Assembly: GCA_964591655.1 (NCBI GenBank)
Contig: CAZQDS010000001.1
Coordinates: forward strand, 7,232-71,231
Reading direction: 5' to 3'
Length of the DNA stretch: 64,000 nt
DNA from: an uncultured Methanosarcinales archaeon
GTDB taxonomy: Archaea; Nanobdellota; Nanobdellia; Woesearchaeales; UBA9642
Part shown: in pieces, positions 8,329 to 17,342 of the stretch
How positions within the stretch are numbered: the first letter of the stretch is position 1
Layout of the letters: each line of letters begins with the position of its first letter
Made by a program: the position numbers and the translations under genes
The notes under the pieces: model-generated
Told to the model about the DNA's origin: nothing
Databases searched by the model: none
The model's input: only the letters and a program-made list of their open reading frames with translations

Positions 8329-10002
8329 ATGCGTAAAGGACAATCTTCAAGCAGCGCAGCTGCATTTATCGCAATAATGACTGTGATAATCATTCTATAC
8401 ATATTATTCCTGCCTCCAGACATCAGGGAAGATCTTCTGTCTGACGGAAGTTCAGGTGGTGGAGGAAGCGGCGGCGGAGGCACAGGCTCAGGCACAACAA
8501 ATGTGTTGTTGAGGGAGACTGTAGGAAAAGTCTCATACCTCAAGGATACAGAAAAATATTATGACATACCCACCGTACGTGTCTATGCACCGACTTCTGG
8601 ACAGTTATTGAAAGGCGTCCCTTCGATTTTCATAAAGAATGCGTTGTTTGACAAGACACAATCGACATATAATATGAATTTTGATATAGACAAAAAATCT
8701 ACGACCAATATAATGTTGAGCTTCAACGTTAAAAACCATTACGGCCCATTATCGATATCATTGAATGATAGGGAGATATTCAATGGTGAAGTCGATGGCA
8801 ATAAGTTCTTAAGGATATCCGATTCAGACATTTTCGGGACTAATGAATTGAAACTCAGCGTCCCTAATCCGGGAGTGGTATTCTGGAAATCGAGCACGTA
8901 CAGCATAGAAAATCTTCAGATAACGGGTGATGTGACCGACTACAGCAGCAGCGTATCTTCACAGAGGTTCACTTTGACACAGACAGAAAAAGATAACCTA
9001 GAATCCGTGACCCTCTATTTCAGGCCGGTATGCACTATATCAGAAGTCGGGCCATTAGAGATACAATTGAACAAGAGGGTAATATTTGACTCTGTTGCAG
9101 ATTGTGGAACAAGAAGTTTTGCATCGCTGGACATAAACGAGATTGATGCAGGTTCAAATGAACTGAAGTTCAGCGTGGAGAAGGGATCATACCTATTGGA
9201 CAATCTTGCTGTAAAAGTGGATCTAGAGAAGCCCACATACAAGACATATTTCTTTGACATAGATGATGAATTCTTCATCAAGGACCCTGAACAGGCGAGA
9301 TGCGGCGATTATGACGATATCTGCCCGTCAGGATGCTCAGACATAAAGGATGCAGACTGCTGTTTCAGGCATAACGGGAATTGGTGCGCACTTCCGACAA
9401 GAAATGCAAACGACAGATGCGTATATTATGTCGATCCAGGTGATTGCGACCTTTGTCCGACAGGCTACTATGATGATTCATTCGACGTCCCAGACACCTG
9501 TGAAGAGAGGTGTGGAGACAATGATGACGGCATATGTCCTGAAGACTGCCCGAGCCCGTCAAGCGATTATGACGCAGATTGCTGTTATGAGGAGAACCCT
9601 GATTATTTCTTCTGTCAAGAAGTGCCTATAACAGGGTTGACGGATAAATGTAGGGCATCAGTCAGCTATACACAATGTGAATTATGCCCTTCAGGATATG
9701 AAGATGAAGACGGATCTGAGCCGGATTCCTGCGACGGCAGCATATATGAATATGAAGAGCTTGATGAATCGTTGGATACTGATTATGAAATGAGGCTTGT
9801 CGTCAGGTTCGTCAATGACGAGGACAGGAAAAGGATTGACGTAAACATAAACGGACATAAAGTGTCTATCGATACTAGGGAAATAGAATTCAAGAGGAAT
9901 ATCGATGATTACGTCAGGTCAGGAAGCAATAGCATAGAGCTTATTCCAAGAGAGGATGTAGACATCGCAGAATTACGGATTGAACTGATAAAGGTAAGCT
10001 GA
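8329..10002 (+). CDS. Secreted/surface protein with class III (pilin-like) signal peptide and Cys/Asp-rich tandem repeat
   Basis: MRKG/QSSSS followed by a hydrophobic stretch; Gly/Ser linker; repeated beta-rich units ending G.NELK; duplicated ~70-aa Cys module. Confidence 0.65.
   Translation: MRKGQSSSSAAAFIAIMTVIIILYILFLPPDIREDLLSDGSSGGGGSGGGGTGSGTTNVLLRETVGKVSYLKDTEKYYDIPTVRVYAPTSGQLLKGVPSIFIKNALFDKTQSTYNMNFDIDKKSTTNIMLSFNVKNHYGPLSISLNDREIFNGEVDGNKFLRISDSDIFGTNELKLSVPNPGVVFWKSSTYSIENLQITGDVTDYSSSVSSQRFTLTQTEKDNLESVTLYFRPVCTISEVGPLEIQLNKRVIFDSVADCGTRSFASLDINEIDAGSNELKFSVEKGSYLLDNLAVKVDLEKPTYKTYFFDIDDEFFIKDPEQARCGDYDDICPSGCSDIKDADCCFRHNGNWCALPTRNANDRCVYYVDPGDCDLCPTGYYDDSFDVPDTCEERCGDNDDGICPEDCPSPSSDYDADCCYEENPDYFFCQEVPITGLTDKCRASVSYTQCELCPSGYEDEDGSEPDSCDGSIYEYEELDESLDTDYEMRLVVRFVNDEDRKRIDVNINGHKVSIDTREIEFKRNIDDYVRSGSNSIELIPREDVDIAELRIELIKVS
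9298..9735 (+). repeat. Intragenic tandem duplication of a ~70-aa Cys/Asp-rich module
   Basis: RCGDYDDICP..DADCC..CDLCPTGY..PDTC versus RCGDNDDGICP..DADCC..CELCPSGY..PDSC; unit starts at 9298 and 9508. Confidence 0.75.
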
Positions 10003-10009
10003 TCCTAAA

Positions 10010-11974
10010 ATGAGATTTCTAGGACGATTGGTGGGAAAAACAGAGGTGGCTAAAGAGAACATTAAGGACGAGATAAATACACGTATAGATAATACGAAGC
10101 AGAATTGGAGTGATTTCAAGCAAAGGACTTCTGAAAGATATGATTCTGCAAAAGAAAAGACCCGTACATTCGCCAATAATGTCGCTCATCCGATAGATTA
10201 TTCTAAAAGGAGTTTTGAAGAAGGGCGAGCAGAGGCATTAAGGGAGCGAGAAAGAGAGCGCGAGCTCATAGAAGAGAGATTCGCCCGTGAATTAGAATCT
10301 GAGAAGAGAAAGATCCAATCAGCATCATCTAACAGGGAGAAGATGTTGGGCGCTGCAGCCATTGTCGCGCCTGAAGCAGGCCCTGCAATAGGGATGGCTG
10401 AAGAGAAGATGCATGAGAAAGATAATAAGAAGATTCAGAAAGAAGAAGAAAAATTGATGAAGAAGGAAGAAAGAGAATTGGATAAATCTAGCGGTAATGA
10501 TAAGAAATTCATGAACCGCATTGATGACTTGAGACAGGGCCCCAGTAGGGGCAGCGGATGGATGCAGAGGGGGCCAGGGATATTGTTCATACTTGCAGTT
10601 TTCGCATATTTCTTCGACTTGTTCACGGGATTCACTAGGCCGCCGAATTATGGCGTCATCCTACTCTATGGATTCATGATAATCATCGCAATGATTATGA
10701 CAAAAGTGTCGACCAATAAGTGGGTTAAAGACAGTGATTTTATGGGTTTTGTTGCGGCCATAGCATTCACTGTTGCATATCCATGGGTCATTGATGTGTT
10801 GAGGGAAAATATTCCTTATCAATTCTTGGTGGACCTGTTAGGACCGTTCCTGCTGTTCCCTCCAATGATAATGTATCTGATGTTCAAATACCCAGAGAAT
10901 AGTGCGATGCATAAGACGGCCGTATGGATAATAATTGCGCTGGCACTCTATGCTTTCTTAGTGTTATTGAATAGTCCTACGCTTCAAGGAACGACTGTTG
11001 CAGGGAAGATAACGATTACTAAACCATGGGATCTGATTAAAGACTTCGGAGGGAATGTCGTCGATGCCGCAACAGGGGCGGTGAATAATATGGAAAGGTC
11101 TTTCCAGATAGCGATAGCGAAAGCTACCGGACAAAAATATGAAGGTGAAGAAGAGGAACAGCGAGGCATCCTCATCGAGAACGTCAAAGCTGTCGAGAAG
11201 AATTATTACACGAGTTCAGACATCTATGTCCAGGGCAAGATAAAGGCGCAGAATCTTGTCGGGGAAGTGAATGTGAGGACAAGATGTTACGTCAAAAATA
11301 AGGGAAACGGGACTACGTATCCTGAGATGTTGACGATGGTGACAAACGACGAGAACATCATTGACTGCCATCTAGGGCAATTGCCGAAGGGGAATTATCA
11401 GGTGTTTGTCGCGGCAACATTCATTTTCATAACGGATGCAGACATACAGTATTATTTTGTTGATGAAAAGACACGGCCGGAACTCTATGACAAGATGAAC
11501 ATACCTGATAAAGCCATGGCCACATATACCGGAGGCCCTGTTGAAGTAGGGTTGCCTTCACTGAATCTGCCTTTAAGGCTGAGCGCTGATGGGAGCAATC
11601 CGCGCGTAGGCAATTATCCTTTCGGAGTATCTCTCACAAACAAATGGAGTCAGGGGAAGGTTAACAGGGGGATCAATTATACATTAGAGGTCCCTGACGG
11701 TTTTGAATTGAAGGAATGCAACAGGGTGCTGACTTATTCTGGCCAAAAGAGCAGCGAGAGTGGACGAAGATGGGTATATACTTTCGATACGGACGATCAG
11801 AACATAAAAGAGACATTTGATAGTGTGACATGCAGGATGCATGCAGTCAACCCTTCATCGATATTCAACGGAGATATAGTCGCAATGAAGACATTCAACG
11901 CCAGGGCAGTCTATGAGTATACTGTTGAAGGAAGCGTAAGCATAAATGTCCAGCAAGATTATTATGGAGGATGA
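10010..11974 (+). CDS. Membrane protein: cytoplasmic coiled coil, ~5 TM helices, extracellular domain related to the three downstream genes
   Basis: Charged helical N-terminus and hydrophobic segments. C-terminal TYTGGPV and ARAVYEY parallel the GAPV/I and LxYxY motifs of the paralogs. Confidence 0.6.
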   Translation: MRFLGRLVGKTEVAKENIKDEINTRIDNTKQNWSDFKQRTSERYDSAKEKTRTFANNVAHPIDYSKRSFEEGRAEALRERERERELIEERFARELESEKRKIQSASSNREKMLGAAAIVAPEAGPAIGMAEEKMHEKDNKKIQKEEEKLMKKEERELDKSSGNDKKFMNRIDDLRQGPSRGSGWMQRGPGILFILAVFAYFFDLFTGFTRPPNYGVILLYGFMIIIAMIMTKVSTNKWVKDSDFMGFVAAIAFTVAYPWVIDVLRENIPYQFLVDLLGPFLLFPPMIMYLMFKYPENSAMHKTAVWIIIALALYAFLVLLNSPTLQGTTVAGKITITKPWDLIKDFGGNVVDAATGAVNNMERSFQIAIAKATGQKYEGEEEEQRGILIENVKAVEKNYYTSSDIYVQGKIKAQNLVGEVNVRTRCYVKNKGNGTTYPEMLTMVTNDENIIDCHLGQLPKGNYQVFVAATFIFITDADIQYYFVDEKTRPELYDKMNIPDKAMATYTGGPVEVGLPSLNLPLRLSADGSNPRVGNYPFGVSLTNKWSQGKVNRGINYTLEVPDGFELKECNRVLTYSGQKSSESGRRWVYTFDTDDQNIKETFDSVTCRMHAVNPSSIFNGDIVAMKTFNARAVYEYTVEGSVSINVQQDYYGG

Positions 11975-13369
11975 ATGAGCAAGACACATCTATTTATCGG
12001 ATTGATGATCATTCTTGTCATGGTCAGTGCGTGTGACGGACAGAAAACGACCACTAACTATCATCTGGGGACGCAAGGCATTGTGTTAGAGAAATTATCT
12101 AGCAACCCGGATATTGTTTATGAGGAAGAAACATTCGCATTCGGGATGATGCTGAAGAATCAGGGGGCTGCAGATGTCGAAGGAGGCGTCCTCATGGTGA
12201 ATTTCGATGATTTCTTCCTGGAATTAGACGATTATCAATCACAGAGCGGAAAGACACAGCAAGTGACCCTAGAAGGCAAAAGCATAGAGAGCCCTATGGG
12301 AGGGGCTGATTATCTTGAATGGGTATTCAAATCAAAAACCCTTGAGGTGATCAGGACAGGTGTCGAAAGCAAAGTGAATTTCAACGTGTGCTATAATTAT
12401 AATACTGATTTGACGACAGAAGTATGTCTCGATACACGAACAAGGACTTCAGACCAGAGGAGCTATGCCTGCAAAAGCAAGGACTACTCTAGCAATTCCG
12501 GGCAGGGGGCGCCCATATCCATAACAAAAATAGAGCCGGAGATGATGCTCGTAGGCAACAATGTCAGGCCATTATTCAGGATATACATAAAAAATGAAGG
12601 AGAAGGATATACTTTGAGCCCGGAAAAAAATCTCTGCACGAACCCTACAAAGAATGCCTCTGAACTTAACAAATTGAAAGTCAGTGCATGGATATCCGAC
12701 GATATGCCATTAGAATGCAACCCTGAAGAAGTGCGATTGGTGGACGGGGAGACTATCGCGAGATGTTATGTTGAAGATGGGGACTTGGAGGAATTCGGCA
12801 GGGAGACCGTCAATTATCTGACCATATTGCGTGTATTATTAGAATACGATTATGTGGATTCAGAAGTCATCAATCTCAAGATAAACAGGATCAATGAGAT
12901 AGACATAAAGAGTCCGAGTGTTTGCGGATATTACGAGATGCAACAGGGTGACCGATGCATACCGTTGTGTGATTTCTGCGTCAACAATCCTAATGACGAA
13001 GCATGCAAACGAAACATGAATGCATCGATCGGATTCGATTGGAACGATGCGTCTGATTTCAGATGCGCATGCAGCAAAGAAAAATGTTTGGCATTGAATA
13101 AGGAGGGGAAATGCATATTCGGATATTGTCCAGGAAGTAGCTATTGTTGCTCTACAGATGAATGCAGAGAAAAGGCCGATGGCGCCAAGTGCGGAGACAA
13201 TAATGTGTGCATCGCGAACATATGTATGCGAGGCGTGACTCAATGTGATTATAAGTTCGGCATGCAGAATTATACTTGCAACAGCAGGCCAGACTGCATC
13301 AACACCACAATAAAGACAGGATATTGCCCTGGCGATGAGAATAATGTTTGCTGCAAAACGACAAATTAG
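11975..13369 (+). CDS. Putative lipoprotein, 'CYxYxT..C / GAP(I/V)' family, with Cys-rich C-terminus
   Basis: Signal peptide ending VSAC; VCYNYNT..VCLD, GQGAPISITKI, LEYDY; C-terminal GYCPG..CC repeats. Confidence 0.6.
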   Translation: MSKTHLFIGLMIILVMVSACDGQKTTTNYHLGTQGIVLEKLSSNPDIVYEEETFAFGMMLKNQGAADVEGGVLMVNFDDFFLELDDYQSQSGKTQQVTLEGKSIESPMGGADYLEWVFKSKTLEVIRTGVESKVNFNVCYNYNTDLTTEVCLDTRTRTSDQRSYACKSKDYSSNSGQGAPISITKIEPEMMLVGNNVRPLFRIYIKNEGEGYTLSPEKNLCTNPTKNASELNKLKVSAWISDDMPLECNPEEVRLVDGETIARCYVEDGDLEEFGRETVNYLTILRVLLEYDYVDSEVINLKINRINEIDIKSPSVCGYYEMQQGDRCIPLCDFCVNNPNDEACKRNMNASIGFDWNDASDFRCACSKEKCLALNKEGKCIFGYCPGSSYCCSTDECREKADGAKCGDNNVCIANICMRGVTQCDYKFGMQNYTCNSRPDCINTTIKTGYCPGDENNVCCKTTN

Positions 13370-13453
13370 ACGAAAAATATGCTTGAATACGCTAAACAAG
13401 ATTGATTTAAAAACAAAATCTTTATATACTAAAAACGTAAGGAATTGATAAAT

Positions 13454-14671
13454 ATGTTTTTTATGAATAAGAGATGGGCTTTCGTATTGATGATTATAGC
13501 TGTATTAGTAATTTCTGGATGCGGCGTAGGTCCTAATCGGGGAACTAGTTATCAAAAAAAGTATTATCAAGGATATGATAGCCTGGACATAAAATTCTTG
13601 GATGAGAGCCCTCCGACAAGATTCTATTATGATTCTGAAGGGATAGACAATGAGATCCCTGTTGTCGTGGAAGTACGGAATAAGGGCGCATCAGATGCGT
13701 ATGGCGCAATATATATTCATGGATATGACCCTAAAATAGTGGAGGTTGCTGGTGGAGGGATACCTGGCCAGGGAAATATTAATTGGAACCCTGGGAGCGG
13801 AGTCCTTAACATCGGCGGCATATATATCGGACTTCCTGGCGGAGGAAACTATGGACAAGGTAATATCGGATTCATCTCTCCGAACGGAAATTATTATGGT
13901 GCGTCAGTATTTACTCAAAACAACAATTTTGTAGGGCTTAATTTGAATATAAATCTAAATAGCAACAGGATAGGTGCAAGGCTTGCAGATCCGGTATGGG
14001 GTGCGATGCAAGGGACATATGGATGGAATGCGCCTATCGCTTTAGAGGGAGACACTCCTGAAAGCCCTGGTGGAGGGATGGAAGTCTATGAATTCCCATC
14101 ATACATTTATTATCTTCCGGAATCGCTGGACCAGTTCAGGCAACCAATAATGGTCACCGCGTGTTATAGTTATGTCACTAGGGCGACAACGATGGTGTGT
14201 ATCGACCCTAAACCTAATAGCAATTCTAAAAAAGCATGCATCGCAAGAGATGTCAGCCATTCAGGAGGACAGGGCGCGCCGGTGGCAGTGACACGTGTAG
14301 AGCAGCAGGCAAGCTCTGGAAAAGTCGTATTTACAATAAGTGTCAAGCACAGTAAAAAGAATAGTCTTGATGAATTGTTCGACATTACACAATTATTCTA
14401 CAAGTGCAATCCGCATGCGGGAGCGATAGTCAAGCCTTCTGATAAGAATGTAGTGGACATATTATACGTAGAACTATCGGGAGAGGACATAACGATGAGC
14501 TGTTCTGGCGGCGGAAAGATAAGGCTAGATACGGCAGGTAATGGCCAATTCACATGTACTGCTTACATGAACCAGATGTCTGAGTCAGCATATGAAGCGC
14601 CCTTGCTTGTGGAGCTAGGATACGGTTATGGGAAAAATATTTATAAAGAGATAACTATTAAGAAGATATAA
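13454..14671 (+). CDS. Putative lipoprotein, same family, with Gly/Asn-rich insertion
   Basis: Signal peptide ending ISGC; ACYSYVT..VCID, GQGAPVAVTRV, LGYGY. Confidence 0.6.
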   Translation: MFFMNKRWAFVLMIIAVLVISGCGVGPNRGTSYQKKYYQGYDSLDIKFLDESPPTRFYYDSEGIDNEIPVVVEVRNKGASDAYGAIYIHGYDPKIVEVAGGGIPGQGNINWNPGSGVLNIGGIYIGLPGGGNYGQGNIGFISPNGNYYGASVFTQNNNFVGLNLNINLNSNRIGARLADPVWGAMQGTYGWNAPIALEGDTPESPGGGMEVYEFPSYIYYLPESLDQFRQPIMVTACYSYVTRATTMVCIDPKPNSNSKKACIARDVSHSGGQGAPVAVTRVEQQASSGKVVFTISVKHSKKNSLDELFDITQLFYKCNPHAGAIVKPSDKNVVDILYVELSGEDITMSCSGGGKIRLDTAGNGQFTCTAYMNQMSESAYEAPLLVELGYGYGKNIYKEITIKKI

Positions 14672-14684
14672 AGAAGGTGATCTT

Positions 14685-15674
14685 ATGAGATTAGCAAATG
14701 TATTGGCAATTTTGGCTGTTATGGCCGTTATGGTTTTGTCTGGATGTACAAACACAGACAATAGAGGCGGGAAAGCATTTATCGGCGGAACAGAAGGTTT
14801 AAGGACTTCATTTCTTGGCGGAAACCCTCCTGACGAGATATTCGATGGCGGACAATCGACTTTCGCAATCGTCGTGAAACTTGAGAATGTCGGTGAAGAT
14901 GACATGGCCGCTAATGAAGGATATGTGAAGATAAACGGTCTCGATCCTGGAACATATGGCATGGGCAATCCTAAAAAGATGATTGATGTGGCCATTCCTG
15001 GCGCAAAGAAGAATTTTGACGGTTCAGTCCTTAATGGAGGCATTGCGACTGTAGAATTCGGAGACTTATCATACGAGCCGGTAATACAAGGAAATCTTCA
15101 ACAGACAGTCTGGGCAGATATCTGTTACAAATATACTACGAGGACAACAACACAATTATGTATAAAGAAGGATCCACAATTATTGCTTGGAGACAAGAAG
15201 ATATGTGATGTTGAGGGCGAGAAGTATCCACAGAATGCCGGAGCACCTATCCAGATCACTTCATTGAAGGAGAGCTTTGCAGGAAACGGTAAAGTGGGCA
15301 TAAGCATGATCCTCAGCCACATGGGCACAGGAGATGCATTCTTCGATCCTAGAGTTAGTTTGAATGATAATGCATGTAATGATGTAGAGTCAAACACTAA
15401 CAGGGGAAGAGTACATGTAAAAGTTTTGCCTGTAAGGATTGGCGGCGCACAGATAACGCCAGTATGTACTGGATTGTCTGAGCCTTCAGGAACTAACGAG
15501 GGATATATCAGGTTATACAAGGACGGTTCTGGAAGAGAGCAGTTCAGCCTGTATTGTACAGTCGATGCATCATCAACAGACAGCATCTTTGAAGTCCCTA
15601 TTGAAGTAGAGACAGACTATCTATACTTGCAGCACTTAGAGAAAGAGATAACTATAAGGCACGTAATTGGCTGA
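14685..15674 (+). CDS. Putative lipoprotein, same family
   Basis: Signal peptide ending LSGC; ICYKYTT..LCIK, NAGAPIQITSL, TDYLY; GGTGA RBS. Confidence 0.6.
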   Translation: MRLANVLAILAVMAVMVLSGCTNTDNRGGKAFIGGTEGLRTSFLGGNPPDEIFDGGQSTFAIVVKLENVGEDDMAANEGYVKINGLDPGTYGMGNPKKMIDVAIPGAKKNFDGSVLNGGIATVEFGDLSYEPVIQGNLQQTVWADICYKYTTRTTTQLCIKKDPQLLLGDKKICDVEGEKYPQNAGAPIQITSLKESFAGNGKVGISMILSHMGTGDAFFDPRVSLNDNACNDVESNTNRGRVHVKVLPVRIGGAQITPVCTGLSEPSGTNEGYIRLYKDGSGREQFSLYCTVDASSTDSIFEVPIEVETDYLYLQHLEKEITIRHVIG

Positions 15675-15711
15675 GTATAGGATAATTTTTTATTATTTTT
15701 CTTTATTTTAG

Positions 15712-16335
15712 GTGAACAAAATGTGGCTACACAAACATGGTTGGAAGTATTATCATTCTGGTTTTGAAGAAGCATATTCTTTGTTGCAGAAATTCAGTCA
15801 GAATTTCGATAATCCTCAAGGCAGTCAAGACACAGATATTATAAAAAGCGTTGTTGCTCGAATGAAAAAACTGAATAAAGAGCTTCTAGAACATACCACG
15901 AACATAGCGCAAGAAATTCGGAAAGAGGATAATTTACTGAAGAAGATTGAGAATAATATATATGAGGTCCATCTCGTCAATAAGATTAAGAACAAGCAAC
16001 CTCTGCAAAGCTACGAGAACGAGCTCTCAAACGAATTCAAAATTATAGAAACGCTTTATTTACAATTGGAGAAAGACTGCGCAAATTCTTTAGCAATCTG
16101 TGATAAGACCAAGATTAATAAGGAATGGAATAGGGAATTGCAGGGTGAGGCCGCCACAATAATTAGCAGGCTCAAAAGCATAGAGAGCGCATCATTGAAA
16201 CTGGCAGAATACTTGAAAAAAGTGCTCCCGCAGCTTGATGAATATAAGGAATGGATCAAGAAACAGGAAGAAGGGACTGAATGGATGGAAAACTGTGTCA
16301 GGAGCTGGGTAAGAACTGCTGAAGACACAAAATAA
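15712..16335 (+). CDS. Hypothetical helical/coiled-coil protein
   Basis: 207-aa ORF filling the gap between the operon and rfcS; no recognisable motif. Confidence 0.5.
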   Translation: MNKMWLHKHGWKYYHSGFEEAYSLLQKFSQNFDNPQGSQDTDIIKSVVARMKKLNKELLEHTTNIAQEIRKEDNLLKKIENNIYEVHLVNKIKNKQPLQSYENELSNEFKIIETLYLQLEKDCANSLAICDKTKINKEWNRELQGEAATIISRLKSIESASLKLAEYLKKVLPQLDEYKEWIKKQEEGTEWMENCVRSWVRTAEDTK

Positions 16336-16351
16336 TATTTCTTTTTAAGGA

Positions 16352-17308
16352 TTATCTAGAAACTGTCAATATGAATCTTGCTATAAGGCTCTCTAATTGC
16401 AGGAATTCATCGCTTCCTTCTACCATCCTGAATTCTATCTCTGCACAGTCTTTCATCATCTCTAGACGTTTTTCTGGGGTGATGTTCAGTTTCCATACTT
16501 CCTTATGCAATTGCTTTATTATGTCGATGCCTGATAATCCGTAATTGAGCATTGTGTCTAATAGTTTTGATTTGGCCTTTTCGAAGTCTTTCTTTATCAC
16601 ATGGTCGAGTATCTGGCTTATCTCTTTCGGCCTGGCGAATCCTGCAACCTCAAACACGACGGCCTCAGTTATCTTATTGCTCAATACTGCGCATGCCTGC
16701 ATTATGTTCTCGAGCTTTCTCACATCGCCTTCTGAAACTTCAACAAGTGCGTCTTTTCCGCCTGCATCTATCGATAATTTCTCTCTTGTGGCGATTGTCT
16801 CTATTATCTCGAATATCTCCTCTTTTGATAATGGCTTGAACCTGAATACTGCGCATCTTGATTGTATCGGCTCTATGATTTTTGATGAGTAATTGCAGCT
16901 GAGTATGAATCTGCATGTCTGTGAATAGTTCTCCATTGTCCTCCTTAATGCCTGCTGTGCCTCTCTCGTCAATGCATCGCATTCATCTAGGTATATTATC
17001 TTGAACGGCACATCTCCAATGGATTTTGTCCTTGCGAATTCTTTTACTTTGACTCTTATTACATCTATTCCCCTTTCATCTGATGCGTTCAATTCTAAGA
17101 AGTTTTCATGCCAAGAATCTCCATATAATTGCTTAACCACAACTAATGCGAGCGTGGTCTTCCCTACGCCTGCAGGCCCTGCAAAGAGTACATGAGGCAT
17201 ATTCTTCTGGTCGACAAACCCCTTTATCCTCTTGACAATCTCTTTCTGCCCTTTCACTTCCTTAAACGTATCTGGCCTGTACTTTTCTGTCCATAATGAA
17301 TATTCCAT
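16352..17308 (-). CDS. rfcS: Replication factor C small subunit
   Basis: WTEKYRP, GPAGVGKTT, ELNASDERG, LDECD, AQQALRRTME, QSRC. Confidence 0.97.
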   Translation of the reverse strand: MEYSLWTEKYRPDTFKEVKGQKEIVKRIKGFVDQKNMPHVLFAGPAGVGKTTLALVVVKQLYGDSWHENFLELNASDERGIDVIRVKVKEFARTKSIGDVPFKIIYLDECDALTREAQQALRRTMENYSQTCRFILSCNYSSKIIEPIQSRCAVFRFKPLSKEEIFEIIETIATREKLSIDAGGKDALVEVSEGDVRKLENIMQACAVLSNKITEAVVFEVAGFARPKEISQILDHVIKKDFEKAKSKLLDTMLNYGLSGIDIIKQLHKEVWKLNITPEKRLEMMKDCAEIEFRMVEGSDEFLQLESLIARFILTVSR

Positions 17309-17342
17309 ACTATAAGAATCTGTGAAGAATTTAAAAAGTTAT

